Positions 13,101 through 24,905 of a stretch of DNA of 64,000 nt are shown here, in pieces. The DNA lies in contig CM102284.1 of NCBI GenBank assembly GCA_046563655.1, positions 620,001-684,000 of the forward strand, given 5' to 3'. This DNA comes from Yuukianura sp. NJ FZ-2021 (taxonomy: Eukaryota). The notes under the pieces were generated by a model. It saw only the letters and a program-made list of their open reading frames with translations, had not been told where the DNA came from and did not search any database. A program made the translations under genes and the position numbers. Position 1 is the first letter of the stretch; every line of letters starts with the position of its first letter.

Positions 13101-14423
13101 GTCGAAGATGTCAGCCATTCCGACAAGATTGAAATCCAATGCTGGTGGATTCAGAAAGTAGTACTGAACTCCACCTACCAGCGGAATCTCGTTGATCAAC
13201 GGTTTCATGATCAGTCGCAGTGTGCCACTCAACTAAGCAAGGAAAAAAACCAAAGTTTTTTTTGGAGAAAAACTTCCCAAAAAGTGGAAAATTCAGAAAA
13301 CTTTTTTCAAAATTACAGAAACCTAGCATTTTTTGTAGTCATACCTGAAGATCCTTGATTCCTGCCTTGATTTTGGCCAAAGAGAACCGAAAGTCACAGT
13401 CTCCAGCATAAATGACATCCAAGTCCATGATGATCTCATCTCTATCGGTCCGCTTTGAGTCATAAACTTTAACACCACGAACCTATTCAAAAAAAGTCTA
13501 CTTTTGAACAAAAGTTTTGTTGAAAGGCGGGAAACTCCGAAACTCCCTGGGTTTTGAATTTTTTGTTGTTACCCGGAGTGGCATGTCTCCGAGAATGATT
13601 TTCTCAAAACGAAATGAGCCCATCTTGTAGCTGGTAGACAATGTTTCACGAAGTGCCGGTTCGATTACGTTCACCACAAGGTCATACGTGTAGTTGTTGA
13701 TCCTTGGCCACAACTGTCTGAAATCATAAAGAAAGTACTTAACTCTAGCATATAAATTTGAAAATCGAAAGTATTACGTTTATCTTTGGTATTCCACTGA
13801 AACTGGATTAATGGACCATGGATTAGGGCATGAATGGAAAGGCTTGTAGTGGGACCATACAGTACTTGAATTGATTGAAATCAATTACGCAACTGGATTC
13901 AAGAGACTTACTCGATAATTTGATTCAGCCATTCAGCACGCTCAACATCAGGAAAAGTTACCCAACTGGGCAGATTCTCTCCGAGTCGTGCCAGCACAAT
14001 TTCACGTTCATCACCTCGAGCCGCCGCTTTGGCAATTTCACGCTGTGCATCGTGTGATCGTCTCCACTGCTCTCGCAGAACCATCAGGATGATCGGCCCC
14101 ACCAACCAGCCAGTGCTTAGCTAAAACAGATACAACAAGTTGTTATCAATCATCATAATCAATTACTTGGAAAATGTTTTGTCTCATACTTGGAAGTATC
14201 CAAGACCGTAGATGAACATCGTCAAAGCACATTTCTTGGCAAAAGCAATTGCCCAGTCAGTGATTCCTGGTGGCTCCACAAACTTGTACTTTTTCTTCAA
14301 GTCCTTCGGTCCAATCGGCTTGAATTTCGGTGTCGTCGTTGTCGCTACTGCTGAACTCGAAGTTCCAGCCACCGGCTGAACAGCTGATTCAGCACCATCC
14401 AGTTCTGGCTGTTTGTTGTCCAT
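10137..14423 (-). CDS. Esyt2: Extended synaptotagmin (TM hairpin, SMP domain, three C2 domains), multi-exon
   Basis: LPSWVTFPDVERAEWLN, SMP exons (GTLRLIMKPLINEIPLVGG), C2A GKSDPYVILSVG, C2B SPVFEETFHFLV, C2C PDPYVKMYVLP. TGA at 10139-10137. Confidence 0.95.
11357..11429 (-). repeat. tRNA-like (A-box/B-box) dispersed repeat copy, in an E-Syt intron
   Basis: Minus strand reads GGATAGCCCAATGGGTAGAGC...GCGTTCGAGTCCTACTCGG; similar to five other copies in the window. Confidence 0.65.
12902..12972 (-). repeat. tRNA-like dispersed repeat copy, in an E-Syt intron
   Basis: Minus strand reads GAGCCTGATAGCTCAATGGTTAGAGTG...GTGGGTTCGAATCCCATCCGGTCTCT. Confidence 0.7.
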
Positions 14424-15555
14424 CGTTTAATCGTTTCGCTGTCGTCGTCACCGAATCCAGCACGCTAAAATCATTTAAAATCTGACGATTACTCTTATCA
14501 TACCTCATTTTTAATCAAAACCTTGTTCGTACCCACCTTTGCTTTGTTTTTCGGATGAGTCAAATACTGGTGAATGGTGATTGTCTTGGATGAAGATCCG
14601 GTTTGTGATAAGAGTGACTTTGAAGCTCTGACGACCACTGACAGTGACAAGTCAAACGTTTCCAGAACTCCGTTATTAGTCGGCTTGTGTTTGTGGTCAG
14701 TCCTGTGGTTAACATTGACATAAACACAAAAGTCAAATTACCAAAATGAATCAATTTTCAAACAGAAATGGTAATGACGAGATGCTTACCTACTGTTATG
14801 AGTGTAACTTAAGAATAACAAGGTCAGAGGAGCAGTAGAGTGTAGAGACTGGATGACCTTCGGATGACCCTGTGTCGGCTCCAATAATAACGCATTGGAC
14901 AAATCGTGAATCCAGATATAAACACCAAAACCAACCACCCTATATGTGAATACAAGAAAATGAGTCAGAAAGGAAAAACTTTTGGCGAATGTATTGGCCT
15001 TCAACTCACAAAAAAATGTGTTTTACATGCAAAATTTTTTGCACGGAAGCAATACAAACAGCTTCATCTTCCAGAAATCGTCTGTACTTCTCACCAAATG
15101 CTAAAAGATGTCGTAAACAAAGCTATTTTAAGAGGTCACGTCACTTCCTTTCAAGAAAAAGGTTTTGGGTCATTTTTTATGCGAAACTTTCAACATTTAG
15201 AAATTGCAAAAACTGTAGGAATTGCCATCTTTTGAAAATTGTAAACACTGCCAGGAATGTAAGAATTGTCCACTTTTCAAAACTGTACATACGGTGTACA
15301 TACACCAAAATGTACTGCCAAAATTGTGAGAATTGGCAACTCCAAATTTTCAGAATTTCAAAATTTGAAAATTTTCACATCAGGTCGGCCACCATTATCT
15401 TGAGCAATTTTCCTTAAAAGAGTAGTACTATAAAAGACGCGGTTGGAGACGACGATAAAAACGTTTTTTTTTAAATCAAAATTTCTATAAAATTGTTTGT
15501 TGCTTTTTAGTTTTCACAATCATTCGGTCGTTTTTTTCTTTTTCTCATCAAAGCC

Positions 15556-16730
15556 TATGGAGGGGCAATAACGACTTTCACTGTTAATTATTTTTATCTT
15601 ATAATTAAAAAAAAATTTCCTTAAAATAAAAAAAAAGTTTACAAAAAGAAAAAAAAAAGTTTTGAAAAAAATTTTTTTTTTGTATTTAAAAAATAATTTT
15701 TGTATTTAAAATTATTTTTCTAAGTTAGAAATATTTTTTCATATCTAAAAAAAAGTTCTTTAAAAAAGTATTTTTTAGTTATAAAGTTTTTTTTTCTTAT
15801 AAAAAAAACTTTATTTTTGACCGGAAAAATATAAATGTGGAGCACTGTGCAAAAAACTTTTCAAATGAAAAAAAGAAAAAACTTTTTTCTTTCTGAAGTT
15901 GGTGTTGTGACGTCATAAGCCAGGATTCGGTGGTCAGTTGTGCTCTCCCAATTGCATACCACGCTAGCTCACTGTTGCCGGTTTTGAAATTGAAAGAGGA
16001 CCACGCCGTTGACAAGGCAGTTTTTTCTCGTGCCTGGGAGCAGCGGTGGGTGGTCCAAATGCTCGGTGGACAATAGACTTGCATGGAGTGTTGGTAGCGC
16101 TAGTCTGGTGGAAAGAATGAGAAACATCTTTTTCCTTCGAGCGAGCGTTATCAATTATTGCTGATATCGTGTGTTTCTCATTCTTTCCGCCAGACTAGCG
16201 CTACCAACACTCCATGCAAGTCTATTGTCCACCGAGCATTTGGACCACCCACCGCTGCTCCCAGGCACGAGAAAAAACTGCCTTGTCAACGGCGTGGTCC
16301 TCTCTGCATTTCAAAACCGACAACAGTGGACGAGCGTGGTATGCAACTGGGAGAACACAAGTGACCACCGAATCCTGGCTTATGACAACACAATCCCAAA
16401 GAAAAATTTTTTCTTTCTTTCTTTTAAAAAGTTTTTTCACTGTGCTCCACATTTATATTTCTTCCGTCAAAAACAAAGTTTTTTTTATACGAAAAAAAAA
16501 CTTTATAACTAAAAAAATACTTTTTTAAAGAACTTTTTTTTAGATATAAAAAAATATTTCTAATTTAGAAAAATAATTTTAAATACAAAAATTAATTTTT
16601 AAATACAAAAAAATTTTTTTTTCAAAACTTTTTTTTTCTTTTTGTAAACTTTTTTTTTATTTTAAGGAAATTTTTTTTTAATTATAAGATAAAAATAATT
16701 AACAGTGAAAGTCGTTATTGCCCCTCCATA
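15556..16730. mobile_element. 1175-bp foldback (near-perfect palindromic) non-autonomous DNA transposon, IS3EU-like termini
   Basis: Arms ~15556-16126 and ~16172-16730 are inverted copies around a ~45-bp spacer. Ends are TATGGAGGGG...CCCCTCCATA. Flanked by the 6-bp direct repeat AAAGCC (15550-15555, 16731-16736). Confidence 0.85.
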
Positions 16731-17348
16731 AAAGCCAGAAACAAAGCAGATAAAGAAATGCGTCATGCAGAAAAATGTTAACTTTGCAATTTAGCCTTTT
16801 AATTTTAGGCGTGTCAAGGTGAAAAACAAAAATTTGGAAAACCAAAAATTCACCGCACCGTTTAATCACTTAAACCAAAAATCCAGACAAATAGAAAGTA
16901 TTACGTCAAGCGGAAATGTCGAACTCCAAAGCTCAAATTTTCCTAATGACTAATAGACTTAAAACAATTAAACTTCCACAAAATTATCGGGAATGGACAT
17001 AGTTAGGTTAACTAACTCATCAGCCCAATTGTACTAATTCGTTGGAATTTAACGCAATCTGCGCTAAGACGTTGATAACTTGTACCGGAAGAGATAAAAT
17101 CGGAACAATTGCTTCAAAAAACGTAATTTGACAGAATGTAATTGTTCGGGTGATTTCATGTACTTAGCTTGTACACATTTTCCAAACGTCATGACAGATC
17201 AAATATGATTTATGAATTTCTTATCAACCGCATCTGTGCAAAGGATCATGTCGAATTTAATGTTAACGTTTATCTACAGCGAATTTAATTCTTAACCTGC
17301 CTTTTTAGTTAGCGCAGCGTTTAGTAGACATTTTGAACATCGGCGGAA

Positions 17349-19343
17349 ATGGCTAACCTAAAGTTTCTGATTTTGGTAATTTGCGTTTTTGTAAAAACGC
17401 AAGGAAGGCAACTGCCGCAAAGCGCAAAAGAATTTGCAGAAGGATTCATAGATTTTGAGAATGGCGACGGTAAGATTATTTCCCGCAAAAAAAAATAATA
17501 TTTTGTGCGCTTTTGCCAATTTTCTAAGCATTTTCTGAGGTAATTCGAGAAAAAATTAGTGTACAAAATTATAAAAAAAAATTTCAGGGAAACCTTACAA
17601 CTTTGAAAGAACCAATTGGAAACCTGCCATATTTCCGTTCAATATATTGTTCTCAGTAACTGCTGCCCCGCCGACTGAAACAGCTACCGATTCCCCTCCT
17701 ACAGAAACAACAACGGATACCCCTTCTACAGAAACAACAACGGATACCCCTTCTACAGAAACAACAACGGATACCCCTTCTACAGAAACAACAACGGATA
17801 CCCCTTCTACAGAAACAACAACGGATACCCCTTCTACAGAAACAACAACGGATACCCCTTCTACAGAAACAACAACGGATACCCCTTCTACAGAAACAAC
17901 AACGGATACCCCTTCTACAGAAACAACAACGGATACCCCTTCTACAGAAACAACAACGGATACCCCTTCTACAGAAACAACAACGGATGCCCCTTCTACA
18001 GAAACAACAACGGATACCCCTTCTACAGAAACAACAACGGATACCCCTTCTACAGAAACAACAACGGATACCCCTTCTACAGAAACAACAACGGATACCC
18101 CTTCTACAGAAACAACAACGGATACCCCTTCTACAGAAACAACAACGGATACCCCTTCTACAGAAACAACAACCGATACCCCTTCTACAGAAACAACAAC
18201 GGATACCCCTTCTACAGAAACAACAACGGATACCCCTTCTACAGAAACAACAACGGATACCCCTTCTACAGAAACAACAACGGATACCCCTTCTACAGAA
18301 ACAACAACGGATACCCCTTCTACAGAAACAACAACGGATACCCCTTCTACAGAAACAACAACGGATACCCCTTCTACAGAAACAACAACGGATACCCCTT
18401 CTACAGAAACAACAACGGATACCCCTTCTACAGAAACAACAACGGATACCCCTTCTACAGAAACAACAACGGATACCCCTTCTACAGAAACAACAACGGA
18501 TACCCCTTCTACAGAAACAACAACGGATACCCCTTCTACAGAAACAACAACGGATACCCCTTCTACAGAAACAACAACGGATACCCCTTCTACAGAAACA
18601 ACAACCGATACCCCTTCTACAGAAACAACAACGGATACCCCTTCTACAGAAACAACAACCGATACCCCTTCTACAGAAACAACAACCGATACCCCTTCTA
18701 CAGAAACAACAACCGATACCCCTTCTACAGAAACAACAACGGATACCCCTTCTACAGAAACAACAACGGATACCCCTTCTACAGAAACAACAACCGATAC
18801 CCCTTCTACAGAAACAACAACCGATACCCCTTCTACAGAAACAACAACGGATACCCCTTCTACAGAAACAACAACGGATATCCCTTCTACAGAAACAACA
18901 ACCGATACCCCTTCTACAGAAACAACAACAGATACCCCTTCTACAGAAACAACAACGGATACCCCTTCTACAGAAACAACAACCGATACCCCTTCTACAG
19001 AAACAACAACCGATACCCCTTCTACAGAAACAACAACCGGATACCCCTTCTACAGAAACAACAACCGATACCCCTTCTACAGAAACAACTACTGATGCAC
19101 CAACAACACTACCGACAACTCCAGCACCCACAAATCCTCCCACGGACCCACCAACGACGCCGCCTAACTCAGGTAAAAAAAAAACGGTTCCCTAACGCTA
19201 ATTTTTAACTCAAACTGCTCTAAATTGCATTGAATTCACCAATTGAATTGTTCTGAATTTTTTTTTCAACAGGAACAATTCCGTCAATTTGCCTCAATCT
19301 ACTATTCCTAGGCACTGTCTACCAACTTATGTTTAGCAGCTAA
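17349..19343 (+). CDS. Secreted/GPI-type mucin with TETTTDTPS repeats (3 exons; 1-bp frameshift near 19039)
   Basis: Signal exon 17349-17469 (MANLKFLILVICVFVKTQG). Exon 2 starts in frame at 17657. The last exon encodes a hydrophobic tail GTIPSICLNLLFLGTVYQLMFSS*. Confidence 0.75.
17674..19095 (+). repeat. 27-bp coding minisatellite, roughly 52 units (ACAGAAACAACAACSGATACCCCTTCT)
   Basis: Directly visible tandem array, with ACG/ACC variants at one codon. Confidence 0.97.
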
Positions 19344-19877
19344 AAATGCAAAAATCTTAAGTTTTTATTAAATTCTTTGAAAAATGAAATCTTGCAAAAT
19401 TTAATTACAGGAATTCACAATATGTATTTAGTTAATACCTTCCCCATGTTCTGATTGATTAACATTATTAAAATTGTTAACAAATTGACACTTATTACTA
19501 ATGACGCAAACTCAAATCCAGGAAACGGTAGAGCGGGAGATAGAACGACAAAAATTCCAGTTTTAAACGTGTGACGAGCGTTTGACCTCGTTTCAATAAA
19601 AGGTCAAAGTCACAACTTCCGGACTTCCGTATTCTAACATTTCAACATGAAGCTATTGTCTCTTTTAGACTAAAAACCTTGAATCAGTGTTAATGAAATA
19701 AAATTTAGCTGTTCATTTGGTTAAGTTCAATTCCTAATTAAAATTTTCTTTATTGAATTTTTCAAAATGTGCACTGGGCATGACTTTTGGACTAATGAGT
19801 TGATTCGCTCCATAATATAAAAAGAAATTATGAAAATGTCAAAAAACGAAATCACAAAAAAGTGTAAATTTTGCACA

Positions 19878-21135
19878 ATGCATTCGTGTGGGAAAACAGT
19901 ATCACTGCTTGGCTTGCTACTCGTCGTTTTTATTGTAAGTTTAAAGTCACTCACAATTCACAAATAATTTGAGATCATTTTTTGAAATCGGTTTTTCCAT
20001 AATTATATTTTTCGAAACTTAGTAATTTAACTTTTAGATTCCGCGCTGCTCGGGACAGGACGATGATGATGCTGCGGCGGAAGATGAAGGAGACACAGAC
20101 GTACAAGAACCAGAAAAAACTTGTAAAAATTACATTGAAAATTTACTCCAAGGTTTCATAAAAGGCGCGCTAAATTGTCTTGGCGGGAAATTTCACATGA
20201 ACAACATCTTCGAACTTGGAACGAGATTTTACGTAAATCTAAAATTAAAAAAAATCTAAACTTATTTTATCCACTTTTTGAAAAAAATGTTCAATTTTTT
20301 TTGTTAATTTTTTTTCAGTGTATCTTCAAATGTATCCTTCAGGAAGTCGGTGTGGTAAGACCAATGAGCTTCAAATTACCAAACTTTTCAGAAGTTTGTA
20401 AAATTTCTTAACTTTTTTTTTTAAATTTTTAAAAAAGCTTGGGTCTAATGGACTTCTGGACGAAGTACAAGCTTTGTTTTACTTTCAAGAAGCCATTCCT
20501 GAAATTATTCTCGATGTGGTAATACAAGGCGCTCAGCCATGTCTGGCACTAGCATGTAATTCAAAATAATTCAATGTAATTCAAAATAATTCAAAGTATT
20601 TGAAATACCACAAATCAAAAAAAGTTTCCAACACAAGTTCAATTTAGCGAAAAAGCCACACAATTTCCTCGTTTTTCTGCAAACCGAAAATGTTTCCTAC
20701 CCGCTTTTTCAGTTTATCAGAAGAATTCATCAATTTAAAAATACAAGAATCTAAAATTCCAAAATTGAAAAACTTTTTCTTGTTACCATAGCAAATTTTG
20801 ACCCGAGCCAGTACTACTGCCAGAGTTACGGACCATTTGCCCAATGTGTCGTATCGAGCTTATCCGGCACCATAGCCCCTTATGCAATCAACTGCTACTC
20901 TACGCCTCTACTTGGCTTCTTCTTCTCCTTCATCAACACAATTGTACCGCCAGCATCTTCTCCGCCAGCATCAGCATCTTCGAATGCTGCAACTGCTAAG
21001 GAAATCAGAAAAAGATACTCAGCAGCCAAACTACGCTATCAACAACGACACAAAAATCAACACAAAAATTCATCTCTCGTCATTCCAAAAAGTAGTCAAA
21101 AATCAACTGCTTCTCCCAAAAATTCAACTACCTAA
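19878..21135 (+). CDS. Odorant-binding-protein-like secreted protein with C-terminal extension (5 exons)
   Basis: Signal MHSCGKTVSLLGLLLVVFI. The spliced product has OBP-type Cys spacing (C..C..CIFKCILQEVGVLGSNG..C..C-x8-C). In-frame GT-AG joins; TAA at 21133-21135. Confidence 0.6.
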
Positions 21136-21262
21136 CACTTTTAATTACAAAATTCAATTCAATTATAAATAGTAAGAATAAGTGGCACATTACACCTTAT
21201 CAGTTCAAAAATTTTGTCAAGGTTCAGTCAAAATATGAAATTTTTAAACATGAGACTAGAAT

Positions 21263-21919
21263 AATGTCGTAGCACATTTTTCTCAAAACGGAGCAAAAAC
21301 GGTAAGGTATTCTCCCACTATAAGGCCTCTCATTGCAACATAAAAATATTTCGTTTTTTTTTCAAAAATAGTCATAAGCTCTGAATTTCATCTTATCAGA
21401 CTAGTCTGTTAGACATAAGTTAGGTTACATAATCTAACGAGTCCTTACATAGTGTACCTATACACTTAATGTACTCTACTCTAACATAAAGCTAAGGTTA
21501 TGTCAGCTGACACAATCTAAGGTTTTGTAATCTTACATAACTGCAGTTGTGTAAGCATGACATGAAGTTAGGCAGTTGATATGAACGGTTTTAAAAATGC
21601 TTTCATGACCTGGTAGACACTAGATGATTCTTGAGCCAGGTTTTGTACAATGGTAAAGTGGTCATCAGAGGCACTTGAGTAGAAACTTGTTCGGTTGGCC
21701 AATGGAGTTTGAGTCCTTAGTTGTTGCAAGTAAGCGAACGACTGACGATGAAACTCTGGAGAATCGTGTTCTCCTATGAGAATAAGAGTCCGAAGGAATC
21801 CAAAGTCTATGACGTTGTTGAACGGAAGAAAAAGAGGACTTGACGCCACAGCTTCGTTTCTACAAAAATCAAAAACGAAATGACGACGATTCTTGGAAAG
21901 AACTTAAGATTTGGTTAAT
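21263..21919 (-). pseudogene. Duplicated last exon plus 3' flank of the kynurenine formamidase gene
   Basis: Near-identical to 29662-30319. ORF 21568-21849 translates identically to ORF 29970-30251. Confidence 0.9.
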
Positions 21920-22546
21920 GGACTAATGGACCATGGATTAGGGGAAGAATGGAAGTTTGTAGTGGGACGAGACAGTACTTGAGTTGATTGAAATCAATTA
22001 CACAATAGGATTCAAGAGACTTACTCGATAATTTGATTCAGCCATTCAGCACGCTCAACATCAGGAAAAGTTACCCAACTGGGCAGATTCTCTCCGAGTC
22101 GTGCCAGCACAATTTCACGTTCATCACCTCGAGCCGCCGCTTTGGCAATTTCACACTGTGCATCGTGTGATCGTCTCCACTGCTCTTGCAGAACCATCAG
22201 GATGATCGGCCCCACCAACCAGCCAGTGCTTAGCTAAAACAGAAACAACAAGTTGTTATCAATCATCATAATCAACTACTTGGAAAATGGTTTGTCTCAT
22301 ACTTGGAAGTATCCAAGACCGTAGATGAACATCGTCAACGCTACATTTCTTGGCAAAAGCACTTGCCCAATCAGTGATTCCAGGAGGCTCCACAAACTTG
22401 TACTTTTTCTTCAAGTCCTTCGGTCCAATCGGCTTGAACTTCGGTGTCGTAGTTGTCACGACTGCTGAAGTAGAAGATCCAGCCACCGGGTGAACAGCTG
22501 ATTCAGCACCATCCGGTGCTGGCTGTTTGTTGTCCATCGTTCAATC
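21920..22546 (-). pseudogene. Duplicated E-Syt coding exons 1-2, with a frameshift in exon 1
   Basis: Near-identical to ~13808-14432. AKKCALTMF becomes AKKCSVDDV through a 1-bp indel. Confidence 0.9.
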
Positions 22547-22554
22547 AAGTTTAC

Positions 22555-23092
22555 CTGGAATCCACAGCTGACACTACATCTGTTCTACCCATGAGAGGGA
22601 GGACAATTCTGAGGGAAGGCCAGATTGAGTTTGACATGAGACTGGACTCTTTTCCAGTCGACTGATGGTTGAGTACAGTCAGGAAATGCTGTGTGCAGCT
22701 TCTCTGAAAAACAAAGTCTTATTCATCAATCCATATTTTTTATAGAGGGTATTTGAGAATAAAGGTAAAAGTTACTTGCTTGCTCCCAGATGCACGAAAT
22801 CCCCAGGTTGTACCATGTTCGAATAAAACCCGGAGTCAGTTCCAGGGCACGGCGGTAGGCACTGATAGCCTCTGCTGATTACCCACCATTGGCCAGCGTA
22901 GCGCCCAACCGATTCCACAGCAGAGAATCCTAAAACAAAACATTGTACATTGGAATATGAATTTTGTCACTAGGATTAAAGGTTGTTTTTCCTTACATTT
23001 AGGCGAAGACTGAGAGCAGCTCCAAAACAATCAGCAGCCTTTTCGTAATCGGTTCCAAGGTTAAACAAAATCCCAAGGCCACACTGTCAATA
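22555..23092 (-). pseudogene. PEX5: PEX5 (PTS1 receptor) C-terminal TPR fragment, 3 exons with introns, disabled
   Basis: [30 protein letters not shown] | [46 protein letters not shown] | EAAQHFLTVLNHQ...MSNSIWPSLR follows the PEX5 TPR C-terminus. It has an in-frame stop and an apparent frameshift, and no N-terminal half. Confidence 0.85.
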
Positions 23093-23552
23093 CAATTGGG
23101 CACTACCTGAGGTGGCTGTTTTGGTGAAAAGTGCAGCGGTGGCAGCAACTCCTAATCCCCCCAATTCCGCAGCAATTCCTTCTCTGGTCAAAGCCGCCGA
23201 CAAATCCATCTTCTATCAATTCAATAATAAAAATTTTAGAAGTGTTATCACTTCTCCTTACAACGCCACTCCAATGTTACGAGTGATTTATTTTCAACTT
23301 GAGTTAAGTCATTGTCCAAATTACGTACGGAATCAAAAAATTATAAAAGTCGAATCAGTTTCTTTTCCTTGAAGGACGGAAAAAAATCCAATGAGTAATT
23401 AATTGTTAGCAAATGCAAGGTAAATGTAGTCATTCATGTAGGGTTCAGAGGTGAACAGAATATCAAAATGGCGGGGGAAAAGTCAAGACCAGTGTAGATC
23501 CCATCAGAATCGGAAAATGATTCTGTACAAACATTAATGCAGCATACTTGCT

Positions 23553-23638
23553 ATTAGTACGACTTATTAGTTACGACTTATTAGTTACGACTTATTAGTT
23601 ACGACTTATCAGTTACGGCTTATTAGTTACGACTTATT
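23553..23638. repeat. 14-bp tandem repeat (TATTAGTTACGACT), about 6 units
   Basis: Directly visible. Confidence 0.9.
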
Positions 23639-23653
23639 AAAAACGTCCCAATC

Positions 23654-24905
23654 TCATTTCTTTAGAAGTCTAGGGAGCAAATACTTTGGAGGAGCCTTGG
23701 TTTGTGGTGCCCGAGTGCTTGGTTGGCGCTGTATGCCACGGTTGACATTGTTTGTGGACGGAGACAATGGAGCTCGAGTAGTATTGCCCACGACAGACGC
23801 CAGATTATTTCCAGTTCGGCCCTAAACACAAAAATTCATCAACGTCAAAATCAGTTTTAACGTTTTCGTTTCTGAATTCCATTTTTTTTTTCAATTTTCG
23901 TAATTCTAGAAGTTAAAGTTGTTGAATTTCGAACATACCGTAACTGTTTCCTTTGTAAGATTGTTGAGCTGCGAGTTTGGAGCGGTGTCGTTGATTCTGA
24001 GAGAGGTTGGAGCTCGACTAGTATTGCCCACGACAGAAGCCACATTATTTGGAGTTCGGCCCTAAACACAAAAATTCATTAACGTCAAAATTAGTTTTAA
24101 CTTTTTCGTTTCTAAATTCCATTTTTTTTCAATTTTCGTAATTCTAGAAGTTAAAGTTGTTAAATTTCGAACATACCGTCAACGGCTGCTTGGTTACATT
24201 GTTCGGGTTAGACTTTGGAGGAGCGGTAGCGTTGAAACTTAAAGAAGTTGGAGCGACCCGGGATTGAATAACCATAGTGAACAGTTCTGGGTCTTCAATT
24301 GGATCTGACTGTGTCGACACCTCCTGATGGCTCGAGTGTGACGCCATTGCATTTTGCAGCTCCTTAGCTTCCATGGCTTCGATTCTAGTCTTCAGCGTTG
24401 TGTTTTCAACCTTCAATTCAGTAATCTCTTGAACCATGCTCTGCTGTACTGCTTCCAAGGTTTCCAATTCTTCCTTGAGTTGTTCCTCTCTGGCTCGACG
24501 TTTTTTTACTTCTTCAGTCGCCTTCTTCAATGCTTCTTCAAGTGCCCGAATGTCGGCCTGACCTGGAATGGACTGAATTTTCGTCTCAAGTAACTGGATT
24601 GTTCCCTCCAGGAGAGTATTTCCATGAAGGACCTTTGTTGCGTTCTGGGAATCACCACAAAGAGCCGCATGCACACACTTGTGCGCCTTCATTAACGAAG
24701 TAGAGCTCGACAGACGATGCAGGTGATCACACTTACTACAAATGGCAAAACCAGTCATTTGTTCATCCAAAAGTAGAAATTCGTAAACGATCCATCCAAG
24801 GGACGGGTTCAAGTGCGTTACGGGCTTCCTACTCAAACGATGACTGTTTTCAGCCACCAGTCGCAGCAGGTAGTCCTTTTCAAACGGAGACTTAGCGTAA
24901 GGCAT
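23654..24905 (-). CDS. BED zinc finger + coiled-coil protein with duplicated low-complexity exons (3 coding exons)
   Basis: W-x2-Y...GFAICSKCDHLHRLSSSTSLMKAHKC is a BED-finger pattern, followed by a heptad-rich helix. Phase-0 introns join exons 24905-24177, 24061-23939 and 23821-23654 (TGA). No DDE domain seen. Confidence 0.65.

Noticed and set aside
15797-16528. Mirror-image ORFs on both strands
   Set aside because: By-products of the palindrome; no recognisable domain or splice structure.
17674-19095. Regular repeats as a possible CRISPR array (also 23553-23638 and 39070-39330)
   Set aside because: No unique spacers, no cas genes, eukaryotic context.
17653-19195. Long ORFs of GIRCCFCRR (minus) and IPLLQKQQR (plus) repeats
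   Set aside because: Alternative frames of the 27-bp mucin repeat. Only the TETTTDTPS frame joins a signal-peptide exon.
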